From Antedon mediterranea (taxonomy: Eukaryota; Animalia; Echinodermata): 64,000 nucleotides of DNA. The stretch covers positions 7,704,422-7,768,421 of the forward strand of contig NC_092678.1 in NCBI RefSeq assembly GCF_964355755.1, read 5' to 3'. Positions 53,217 through 64,000 of the stretch are shown piece after piece; within the stretch, counting starts at the first letter, position 1; each line of letters begins with the position of its first letter. Made by a program: the position numbers and the translations under genes. Under the pieces are notes generated by a model. That model was not told where the DNA came from. It was given only the letters and a program-made list of their open reading frames with translations, and ran no database searches.

Positions 53217-53301
53217 CTGGATCATCCGTCGTTTGGGATGAGCACATTACGCATTGTAGAAGGAACAACATCAGCGTTATCATGCATCTTTTTTCAAACA
53301 T
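53217..53301 (-). CDS. Gene A exon 1: signal peptide of an EGF/HYR type I membrane protein
   Basis: ATG at 53301, MFEKRCMITLMLFLLQCVMCSSQTTDDP, donor |gtgagt, phase 1. Homologous to 3925-4009. Confidence 0.8.
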
Positions 53302-53767
53302 ATTAATGTTTCGTTTTTTCGGGATTTTATAAACTTTGTTTTTCTTTCAATCAACAAATTACAAACGCAATAATCATTATAAGATGTTAGTTTCTTGAAA
53401 GTTATTTCCTGGTATATTACAGCCCGCCCTCATCATTTTTAATTAGTTAGTTAGTTGGTTTTTATTACTACTCAGGGGGGGGGGGGGGGGGAGTCTAGTC
53501 TAGGACTCACTCATCTTGTCCTCCTCTTCCTCTTCTCTTCCATCTGGACAATATTGAGCCAACTTTTAAGTCCTACTATATTTCTTTACGCGTCGTCTGA
53601 CGGCTCTGAAACATGGCATGCATATACTAGGGTAATACTAAGTAATAGGTGAACAAAGCTATAGAGAGAAACCGGATGCAGAATAAACATGGTACAAATC
53701 GCATTCAGCACGCATCGCGCCGTTTATATTGGGTGCGCGTTTCTATTATTATATTTAATTTTTTCTA

Positions 53768-53874
53768 TTTTTAGTCGCCGTGCGCGACTCTACAGCTCAC
53801 TATGTCGGTCGGTTGGTCGGTAAACACTAACTTGAGCACGCGACTGCAGCCATGTATATAATATGGCCTTGTTT
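53768..53874 (+). mobile_element. Miniature Helentron-associated (DINE/HINE-like) element
   Basis: AGTCGCCGTGC...GCACGCGACT subterminal IR, (GTCG)n tract, 3' hairpin GCCATGTAT..ATATGGC, inserted in T-runs. Confidence 0.5.
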
Positions 53875-55580
53875 TAAATAATTTCATTAAAAAAATATAA
53901 CAATCATTTATGTTATATATATTAACGTTTCTGATCAGTCTCCAAACAAATTAGTTTACATCAAAGGTGTTTCCATGTCAATTTGTTTTTAGCAAGTTCT
54001 CTGTCGAAGTTTCTGAAAGTCACTACATTATCGGCTTAAAGCTGCGGGTTTTAATATAATATTTAATGATAACATGGTGTATAGCCTATATCAAGCTACA
54101 AATGCTGTGAACAAAATTCGTGAAAGAACAATTAAAAAAAGAGAAAACAATTAATTTAATTAATTACCTACATTGACCTTACAGAAAAAAAATAGAAATA
54201 GAAAAGATATATTGTTCAAGAGGAATCAATAAACAAGTAAAAATAATTAAATAGTTAGAATCGCGTAACTATAACAGCGTGACACGGAAAAGGAATTAAT
54301 AAACTGGCAATTTTGAATAGGCCTATTATTTGTGTTTTTTTATAAAGTTTACAATAATAATTAAAAGGTTTAAATATTTCAACAATTATTAATTAAAACA
54401 ACAATAACACAATTTCCAATAACAAGGAAATGCACTTTAAGAAATTTCTAACTGTGTAAAACAGTAGAACTACAGATAGTTACTGGAAAATGGTGTCGTC
54501 AATGAGGCCGACCACCGGTGCATTGTTGATGTATTACAGATGGCTGTTATTGTTTTACTTTTACAGGAAATTGTTTGTTCATTATTGTCCAAAAGTATGG
54601 TGTGGCCTATTCAACAAGTTATTCCTCGTACTACCTAAAACAACAAGTTTATTTACGTCATTTCGTACGTATATTGAGTTGGTGTCTATCAAAGAATCAT
54701 GGTACATGGTATAGCCTTCCCTACCCAACTTGATGACCTCTGGCTATGATGTATACTTTAACCGACGGAATTGGGGAAGGGTGTTCAAACCAACAGATTT
54801 GATTTTATTATAGTTAGACCTACGTTCGCGAAAACATCCTTTTTTCAGGACATTATGCCTATTATTGTTTTTATCGAATTTCTTGTGATAGTAGACTTCT
54901 CCGTGACGTACCTATGCTATTTATAGTAACTCGTAAAGCAAATGATTGGTTAGAATTATTAATAATATTCTAACAACTTCCTTTATGTCTTTCAACGATC
55001 ACGTTTGACTTGCAACATACATAAAATAACTGTTTTGACTTGAGGTATTAAATGTAATAAGCTACAAAAAACTAATCATCAGGCTGACTTAGATACAGTA
55101 TTCAGACTCAATTCTTCACAGAGTGTATGGTAAATAATACTGTACAAGATTGATCAGGCTCAACTGCTGGTGTTTTCCAAGTTAAATATTGTTTTGTGAC
55201 TTTTGATTCTTCTAAAACTGAAGGTACTAGTCCTCCGTAGGCCTACTAGTCCTTAGATAGACAGATAAGAGTGGATTCTTAGCAAAAAACGGCATAAACT
55301 TCACGAAGACAGGGCAATTGATATCTTAGAAAGGAACGTCGGATGTCAAGACAAGTTAACAAAACGAGGAAAACGCAAATTCTTAAAAGAAGGAAAGTCA
55401 GATTTTTAAGAACAGTGTAGAATCTTAAAAACACAAAGAAAGGGCAAATTCTAGGAAAACGCCGGATTGCAAAGAAAAATTAACAGAAGGAAAATTTAGA
55501 TTGTTAAGAAAAGAAAAAAATTCCGAATAATTTGAAAGAAATTCTAATTCTCAAATTACAGCAACTTTTTTCTCAAAAGT

Positions 55581-56462
55581 ATGGAAAACGATTCATGCAA
55601 TGTGACTTTGGCAGATGATCTTTCGGATAAACTGGTAAACACTAAACACAAAACGATTAGCGTGACGTTAGCCGTAACTTCATTTCTACTAAATGCAAGT
55701 ATGGTTCTTATAATTGTAACAGAAAAAGCATTAAGAAAACGAAACATTTTTCAAGTATCATTAGCACTATCCGACATCTGCTTTGCAGTTTGTGTTTTTC
55801 TACTTAGTTACATTGGCAAATTTGAAAGTGAGGTATTTTGTATTTGTATAACATTCGCGGTCATCTCTATCCAGGCGATTGGAGCTGTGGCAGTTGAAAG
55901 GTTTGTTGTGCTTGTCGTCTTCAAGTTTAAGAAACGTGCAGTTGCGACCAAAAGCCAAATAGCTACGTGCATATGTATCTGGTTCATCTCTCTTGGAACA
56001 ACAAGCATTTTCTTCATCGCAGGCCACACGGATCATTTAAGCTTCGTGCTATCCATCTTGGATCTGATCATTTTGGCAACTGTGTACATATCTTACATTA
56101 TAATTTATTTATCTATTAAGAAACACATTAGAAAAATGAGCAATTGCACATCTGCTGCTAAAAAATCAAAGAAACTGATTTTAACGTTCTCTTTAATCAT
56201 TGTAACGTGTACAATATGCTGGTTTCCATTGATTGTTCATACAATTGTAGAACATTTAGGCGTGAATCAATGTAAAAGAAATGTTTCGATACCTGGTTTT
56301 TTTATACTTGCTTTATGTTATAGTATATTTAATCCCATAGTGTATGGTTTAGGAATAAATGAAATACAGATAGTGATTAAGGAACGTGCCATGAAACTTT
56401 ACAACTCTATTTTGAACAAATTGACAAACAAGACCCCTACAGTTAGCGGGGTTTATGCGTAA
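55581..56462 (+). CDS. Intronless class A (rhodopsin-like) orphan GPCR, 293 aa
   Basis: Seven hydrophobic segments with TM1 N, SLALSD, AVERF (DRY variant), CWFP and NPIVY. N-glycosylation sequons at the N-terminus. Confidence 0.92.
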   Translation: MENDSCNVTLADDLSDKLVNTKHKTISVTLAVTSFLLNASMVLIIVTEKALRKRNIFQVSLALSDICFAVCVFLLSYIGKFESEVFCICITFAVISIQAIGAVAVERFVVLVVFKFKKRAVATKSQIATCICIWFISLGTTSIFFIAGHTDHLSFVLSILDLIILATVYISYIIIYLSIKKHIRKMSNCTSAAKKSKKLILTFSLIIVTCTICWFPLIVHTIVEHLGVNQCKRNVSIPGFFILALCYSIFNPIVYGLGINEIQIVIKERAMKLYNSILNKLTNKTPTVSGVYA

Positions 56463-58492
56463 AAGAACCGGGTGTGGACAAACTTTACAAAAAATATCCA
56501 CAATTAAATGTTAATTTTAAAAATAGTTCATGTTAATAGAGAGCTTTCAATTTGCGATGACCGACACATGTGTCGTCGGTCGTAGCAAAGACGAAACCTG
56601 TGTCCAGGTGATCGTGAGGAGGAAAACATCACCCACATGACGTCGCAAATCAAAACTCCCTAATAACCAGCAGAAATTCATCTAACACGTTTCGTTAAAA
56701 TAATTCTCCATGTCTATTTGATGCTGAATAGTAAAGTGAGTAAAGTCTATCTTCGTCGGCCTAGTAATTGATTTATTTGTATTTCTTTTGTAAATCTGTA
56801 AATATACAGATATCTAAATGGGAACTAATCCTCATGATGTTGTAGACCTACATTTATTTCTTCCTAAAAGAACCAATGACTTTTAGTTCATTTGTTGTTT
56901 TTCTATAGGCCTACTGTTATTATTTCTGATAACAAGTAAGGGGTTTTAATTAAAAGTATCAAAAACTTGTACGAGGGCCAACAAATGATTTAATTCTGAC
57001 AAAATAAAGTATAAATGGCTTTTATTTCCTAATATCAGAAAACTTTTAGTAATGTACAATACTAATATTTTTAAATCTGACAAAAAGAATTATAATAGAT
57101 TGTATTTCTTTTTATCAGAAACCTTAGTAATATATAATACATATTTGTAATTCTGATGGAATTTATTTCAATTTATCAGAAACGTTTTAGTTCAGAAAAA
57201 AGACGAATTTCACTTCCTTCTATCAGGAAGTGAAATGGGTTTTGAAAGCAAAAAGAGATGGGTTTTGAAAGCAAAACTCATCTCATAGAAACTGTAAATG
57301 TATATTAATTGTCTATATCTTAAATGCTGAAGTAATATGACTTGTATTGTAAATAATAAACTAGCTGTACAGTATATTTGCATATCTCATTTACATAGGC
57401 CTAAATCTAAATCTTCATTTATTTTTTTGTAAATTATGTAAATATAATCAATAATAATAGGTAACATTTTGGTATTTCTAAAATGACTTTTATCATATTT
57501 AAGAAATATTTTTTGGTTTAAAGTAAAAATTGGGAATACATTATTGTATTTATAGAGAGATTTCGATTTATGATGAGCTTGTGTTGTTTGTTGGCGTCTG
57601 GACCTAGAACCCATCAAATCTGAAATCGAAGAAGAATTCAGGAAGCATGTCGTCGCTTAATATTAAATCGTCCTAAATCGAAAGCTCTCTAATTTATTGG
57701 TGATCGATTTATAATCTATTCGTCGAGAATTAGAGGTATATGCTTTGACGCATGCATACGGTAGCACATTATCACACATTAGCATATTTAAGAAAATAAT
57801 GTTGGCACAAATTAATGTTTAGCATGTTTGCGAGGCATATGAATCCGGTTATTATCAATATGACTATGACGAGAGATACATTAAATCAACTCATTAACAA
57901 ATAAATAAAATTCGAATTTAAATTGAAATTTCTTGTTTTTTATTTGAACTTATTTTCAAACATTAATTTTTGCAAGATCAGAATTTAGAGAAATTGAGAT
58001 CTACATGGGGAAGGACATTATTTTTCTGCCAGATTACAAAATGTTAGTATGTATTGATGATGTGGCCTTTTAAAAACATTTTAGCTGAGTCAGGTATCCG
58101 TATAAACATAAACTACAACCCATCGGATAACGTTATTATACAAATGTTATCCTTCCGCCCTACGTAGCATTGTCTCTGTCACAGTGACAAACACAATTTC
58201 AATATTATTCAAAGAAATTTAAAAAACCCTTTAATTATTTTCTTAGCAGGTATAACTGGTATTGGAGTGTCTTATATGGATGGTGTTATTTTGCAACAAC
58301 TTGTTTTAAGCACTTTGTTTTCAACACTTGTTTTTCCGGAACGGGCTGTTATTTTTTTAAAATCATTATTTAATACGCAACCATCAGCGAGTAACCCGCC
58401 AATAAGGATGGATAAACTTAAAATGTATGTGCTTATAAACCAAGGCTCATTTGAAGCTTATGGAGTGGAGTTGAAAGATCCGTGAAACAGCC

Positions 58493-58568
58493 CTGGCACC
58501 AGGTCAGGATTGAACCCTAGACCTTGGAATTGGAAGGCAAGCACGTTAACCAGCAACCTACAGCTCCA
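58493..58568 (-). mobile_element. Degenerate tRNA-derived SINE head
   Basis: Reverse strand GGAGCTGTAGGTTGCTGGTTAACG...GGGTTCAATCC shows A/B-box-like motifs with poor stems. Confidence 0.45.
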
Positions 58569-58959
58569 CTAAATAATGAAATATGTAAAAAATTGAACGG
58601 CGTTGTCTTTCATTCCGTAAGACGGAACAAGTGTGAACGTATCTCTATTAACCAGCGAGGTTTCATGCGATCTGGTTTAAGCTTCTTTTTTAAATGGGGA
58701 AATGGGCATTAATGCGCGCGTTTCTTACTTATACTCCGGGCAAGATGATGTTTTTATTTAGCTGTGTACGCGAGCATAACCCGGCCCACATGGAATTAAT
58801 TAATCACTTACTCATGTGAGTTTTCTTCCTCAATAACCGGATAATTCATCCTCGACCTACATGTTTAATTTACGAATACAGTAAAAATAAAACAAGTTAC
58901 CGGTATATTATATACCTGCATATTATGTATGGAAACAACGGAGAATCGCGTTGTTATAC

Positions 58960-60228
58960 AGGTAAGGATCTGATTACATCACAAATATCCGATCATAGAT
59001 TTGTTATTTTACAATATTAATTTACCCGTAAAATCGAATAAATCTAAGCTATACATCTAGGTAACGAAGAGTAAACATCTGATTACGTAACAATGATCTG
59101 ACAAATCATAGGATATATTATTTTACAATATTAATTTACCCGTAAAATCGAATAAATCTAAGCTATACATCTAGGTAACGACGAGTAAACATCTGATTAC
59201 GTAACAATGATCTGACAAATCATAGGATTTATTATTTTACAATATTAATTTACCCATAAAATCGAAAAAAACCTAAGCAGTCCGTCTTGGTACCGTCACA
59301 AAGACCCGACCAATCATAGGATTCATTACGGTATTTTACAATATTAATTTAAACGAAAATAAAATAAACCAATGTTTATAATATTACCCATATTCGTTTC
59401 GTTTCGTTTCGTTTATTTATTTTTTCCACTCACTTATATTATATATATATATAATTTACACAACATATATTAAATGTGGGTGGATGGAGGTCACAGTAAG
59501 TTCACAGAACTTTAAGTCGTGACCCCCGTATGACTATAAGTATACTAACATTGCTACAGAGTAGACTAAAATATAAATATATAATAGTGAAACTACATGA
59601 AATAAAAAATACAAAAATAAATTTAAATTATAGAAGTTAAGATAAACCAGGCAATTATATAATATAATGATAAAAGGGATAATGATAACAATTAGAGTAC
59701 AATATGAAATATAATTAAATATGGTATTTATGGTATTTTAATAACAAGTATAACGATACAATGTAGCGGAGATTATTGAATACCAGGGTGAAGGATTTAA
59801 TGCCATGTATCACCACCAAATAAATAATGATAAAAGATCGGCGAAAAATTATGTAGCATATTCTGACACCATTTTGTGTTTGAAATTAGATATTGATAAA
59901 CCAGAGTAAGAAAATATTAGGAGTAAACATCTGTCTACGTCACAAAGATCTAACCAATCAAGGATTCATCATTTTTTATATTAATTTACAATAAATCGAA
60001 TAAACTACGTACCAATCTAAGCTATATGTCTAAGTAACGAAGAAAATATTAAGAGAAAAACATCTAATTACGTCACAAATATCTGACCAATCAAAGGATT
60101 CATTAGGTCTATTTTACAATATTAATTTAACCATAAAATCGAATAAACCAATAAACTATCCATATAGGTAACAAATAAAATATTATGAGTATGTGATTAC
60201 GTCAGGATGATCTGACCAATCACGATAT
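58960..60228. repeat. ~114-bp degenerate tandem repeat upstream of GPCR 2, interrupted at ~59395-59900
   Basis: Units at 59041 and 59155 are nearly identical. More diverged copies occur at ~58960, ~59270, ~59900, ~60010 and ~60150. Confidence 0.8.
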
Positions 60229-60429
60229 TTTATATTTTGCTATTATAATATACTAGTAAGGTCAGATGAAGCAAACGCTTAAAGTGTTATTACTGAGAGT
60301 TATAACACTGACTAGAACCTGACTAGGCCTACTGACCTATACTTCAAATAGGCCTATCTCCAAAACGGCATGTGAGTTTATGTACAGGGCTAATATTTGT
60401 GAGAACGGAAAAATAATTGTATTGCAGAG

Positions 60430-61389
60430 ATGGCTGTACTTACATTCACTGAACAGATGAATATTACTGAATTTGAAGACGTTTGTAGCGTTTCGTTAAT
60501 TGACAGTGTTTTACGTCAACTGTCAGATAATAACGCTTACAACTATGCCACTTACAGTTGTTGCATACTATCTATTACGTTGAATTTCAGCATCTTTCTT
60601 ATGATGTTGACGGAAAAAGCGTTGCGCAAAAGGACTAACATTTTTACAATTTCACTAGCACTTTCGGATAGCCTTTTTGCAGGTGCAGTTATTTTGATGA
60701 TATCAATTAACAAACGGGATATCATTCAACCAATCTCTCTTTTCTCGTTATGTTTAACGATCGCAATCATATCTATTCAGACGATTGGAGTTGTTTCAAT
60801 CGAGAGACTTTTTGTTATCGTTATTTTCCCGTTTAAACGCAACGTAAATACACCCAAGAAACTGTTGTCAGTGTGTGTTTGTATTTGGGGATTTTCGTTC
60901 GGATTTTTATCTATTCTGTTGATCATAAATAAAGTTGATGAAATAGGGTTTATATTGGCGATATGGGATGTTGTTATCCTTATTAACGTGTATGTGTCTT
61001 ATTCTTTAATATACTGGTTTATTAAAAGACATGAAGTAAAGGTGAGCTCACATAGGTCGCAGGAAATCAGCCTGTCCAAGAAAGTTCTGAAAACATTTTC
61101 CATCATTATTGTCACGTGTACATTATGCTGGGTTCCTCTTATTACGTTTTCTATCTTGGATTACTTTGGACATATCGACTGTAACAAAGATTCCTATATT
61201 GATGTGTATAGTATTTTTTTCATCCTTGGCATAGGGTACTCAATATTTAATCCTATCATCTACGGTCTAAGAATCAGTGAACTTAGAAATGCTATCGGCG
61301 AACGGTTTTTGAGAATTTGGAACTTTAGTACTGCCAGTTCAGCAAATACAGGGACTAATTCAGCTCCTCGTCCTGGGGACATCAAATGA
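60430..61389 (+). CDS. Intronless class A orphan GPCR, 319 aa, paralogue of 55581-56462
   Basis: TEKALRKR.NIF..SLALSD, SIERL, TCTLCWVP and YSIFNPIIYGL are shared with GPCR 1. Confidence 0.92.
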   Translation: MAVLTFTEQMNITEFEDVCSVSLIDSVLRQLSDNNAYNYATYSCCILSITLNFSIFLMMLTEKALRKRTNIFTISLALSDSLFAGAVILMISINKRDIIQPISLFSLCLTIAIISIQTIGVVSIERLFVIVIFPFKRNVNTPKKLLSVCVCIWGFSFGFLSILLIINKVDEIGFILAIWDVVILINVYVSYSLIYWFIKRHEVKVSSHRSQEISLSKKVLKTFSIIIVTCTLCWVPLITFSILDYFGHIDCNKDSYIDVYSIFFILGIGYSIFNPIIYGLRISELRNAIGERFLRIWNFSTASSANTGTNSAPRPGDIK

Positions 61390-63252
61390 ACAGAGAGTTA
61401 AGTCCTCACACTTAGGCCTACACATAACCTTATGATCTTTCTGTCTTTTTTGGCTCAAATAGACTACCACGGTATCAATTGTCTGCGGTATCGGTAAATA
61501 GTACATACATATAGCAGCGACTAATTATTACCATCTATATTAACGAGTATTTATAGAGGTCAACTATTACGTAAGCGGGATTTATAAAATCAATAATTAT
61601 AATAACTTATTACGATGTAGAGACAAAAACCTCTGCGCATGCCTTTCCAGTTGTTCGTGATTCTAAATATTATAGTGCATTTGTCGACAGTTGTTTCTTC
61701 TTTTCATACATAGTATATTACCTTTGACAGATCATTTTTAACTTTGTGTTTTATTTGGTTTAGATGAAATTGTATTAAATACTATTTAGCTGAAGTTTTT
61801 GTATGGTTGTCAGAATAAATACTCAATTTTTACTACAAAAAATATGTACAAATAAACTAAAATAAAACATGTCTAGTGTTTCTTTTCGTTAGAAGAAAAA
61901 TCAGTACAATACGTTCTTGACAGTATTTACGTCAGTGAGACTATGGTAGGCCTACGACATTGAAATAGAAAATTAAGGTAAACATCAGACATGACGTCAT
62001 CGTTAACAAATATAACAATTATTATTACTTTGAGAAAGCAGAAGCTCAATTATACGGATAAAAAGCAAATAATTACTAAATGTATATTTAAATAATCCAA
62101 CTTTGTCATTTATAAACGTGAGGATTTCAAGCCGATTGTAATCACAGCATTGTTGTCAATGCATTATATAGATTAATTTGACACTGGGTTTAATAATTAA
62201 CAGGTTTAATAATAAGATACATATTTTCGTCATCAATGCAATCAGTGGGATACATTCCTCATCATCAAATCCAATAAACATGTCAATCTACAAGATGACA
62301 TTTAAATAAGATTCCAAGGTCAAGCATGCAGCATTGTTTATACAAAAGGAATTGGAATACGTTAACAAAAATCTATCTTAATGATTGTGTCAGTCCGTAG
62401 TTTTAATTTAATGTAATTTGTGATAATGTTGAATATAATCATGAAAGACTTCTCTGATATAATCATTTACGGTAAGCCTATTTACCCTACTAAACTTTCT
62501 CTCGATAATAAAACGTGTTTTCTTGCTTGGTGCGTGAAGTGCATTTAAATCAAATCACCACTTTATTACTTTGTAAGTTACATTAGTGAGAGAGAAAAGT
62601 AAAATACAACATAATGGATCTTATGCGTTGAATGGGGAGTTGAAACATATCAAAATGTCTTAAAGAAACGAGGCGGACAATCAGGCTTTTAACGAATGGA
62701 AATATCACACAATACAACATTTGTTTTAGCTACTGTTTTAAAATGAATTTTATTCAATTATTCCACTGATTCCATTTTGAATCGATAAAGGCTAGGCCAT
62801 TCAAATAGGCAGTGTTTGGATTTCAACCGCGGAATAGAAAAGTTATACACGGAACATAAGCTACATAGCACTACATTCTCAAAATGTTAACAATGCTGGA
62901 CGTGCAATCGAACCATTTAGTAGTAATGATGATTTGAATGTGAATTGAATTTTAATAATATTTAATGAGTATGAGAATATGACTGCTCTTTTAATGAGGA
63001 TGAGATACAGTCATGTCTCGAACCCATGCCTCTCACACCTAGCCGTTCACTCACATTATATCATATTAGGCCTACATTCTCTCCACTTATCTCTGTATTT
63101 GCTGTTTCAAAAATGAAACATCAAATTTTCTTTAAATAGAAACACAAAATTAAAACCATAAAAACAGAAAAAAGTTTGTAGCTCTTTTGCTAGTCACTAG
63201 TGGAATAAATAATATTTCAATCCTCAATGTAGATTTAAGCAGCTATTCCCTT

Positions 63253-63412
63253 TCATTGCCAGTTGGGCGTGACTTCCCCTCCTTTCAAGACTGCCTCTTT
63301 AGTAGTTTCTCTGGCAGTGCGTTCAATCTCTTCCCAAATCAGCCTCCTAACTCCGCTGCAATAGTTTAGGAATGGATCTATCGGATCCATGACAAGTGGT
63401 GTATCTTCAAGA
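63253..63412 (-). CDS. OAS: Terminal exon of a 2'-5'-oligoadenylate synthetase (OAS)-like gene; upstream exons not found in the window
   Basis: tttttgttttcag| acceptor, phase 2. LEDTPLVMDPIDPFLNYCSGVRRLIWEEIERTARETTKEAVLKGGEVTPNWQ* resembles the OAS C-terminus PVILDPADPxxN...Wxx(L/I)xxxA...VxxW. Recognised by motif memory only. Confidence 0.65.
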
Positions 63413-64000
63413 CTGAAAACAAAAATGAAACATCAACTTTTCTTTAAATAGAAACACAAAATTAAAACCATAAAAACAGAAAAAAGTTTTTAGCTCTTTT
63501 GCTGAGTCACTAGTGGAATAAATAATATTTCAATCATCATTTATTTGTAAACGTTTATAATTTTCAGCTGAATTATGTCTCTTAATCCGCATCTGGGGCT
63601 AAGAGATTGGATTGGCACTACGTCACAAAGGCGTCTTACTGAGAATTGATGAATTCAACAATCAGTGGAAACAAAATGTCCATTTACTTATTTAACTGCA
63701 TATAATATAAATAAATGCTTTGCATTTAGAGAAATAAGATAAACTAAAAACAATACAAGGTAAACTTGCTCGACAGGAAAAAAGATCTTCGTACTGTTGT
63801 TCAACAGCCTAATAGCTTGCTAATCGAAGCTGTTACTCAACCTACTTGTACGAGAAATGATGTTCTACGAATTACGAGAAAAAGGTTCGCCCTTTAAAAC
63901 TAAGTAGGCCTATCTCCAGATTTTACCAGTTATGGCAATAACGAAAACCGTATCATAACTATAGTTTAGACATCAGCAAAGTTTGGCACGTACCTATATC

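Overview
AT-rich, intron- and transposon-dense animal genomic DNA. It is probably an invertebrate deuterostome such as an echinoderm, inferred from the repeat types and domain content. Host genes reconstructed by hand: (1) a complete 12-exon minus-strand gene (53301->7642, ~463 aa) for a type I membrane protein with signal peptide, 5 tandem near-identical EGF exons, 2 HYR domains, a TM helix and a Tyr-motif tail; (2) the 5' part of a tandem paralogue (signal peptide-EGF-F-type lectin, 4009->2840); (3) two intronless class A GPCRs (55581-56462, 60430-61389); (4) the last exon of an OAS-like gene (63412->63253). Introns are filled with TEs: a near-intact BEL/Pao element, a Penelope element, Gypsy, DIRS and LINE fragments, a tRNA-SINE, nested MITEs and satellites. 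Three minimal hammerhead ribozymes are visible. Most notable observation: the BEL/Pao element has no tRNA-type primer binding site. Instead, the 12 nt directly after its 5' LTR are the perfect reverse complement of a 12-mer inside the LTR, the geometry of Tf1-type self-primed reverse transcription, which I know only from Gypsy-group elements. All calls are from manual reading; no database searches were run.
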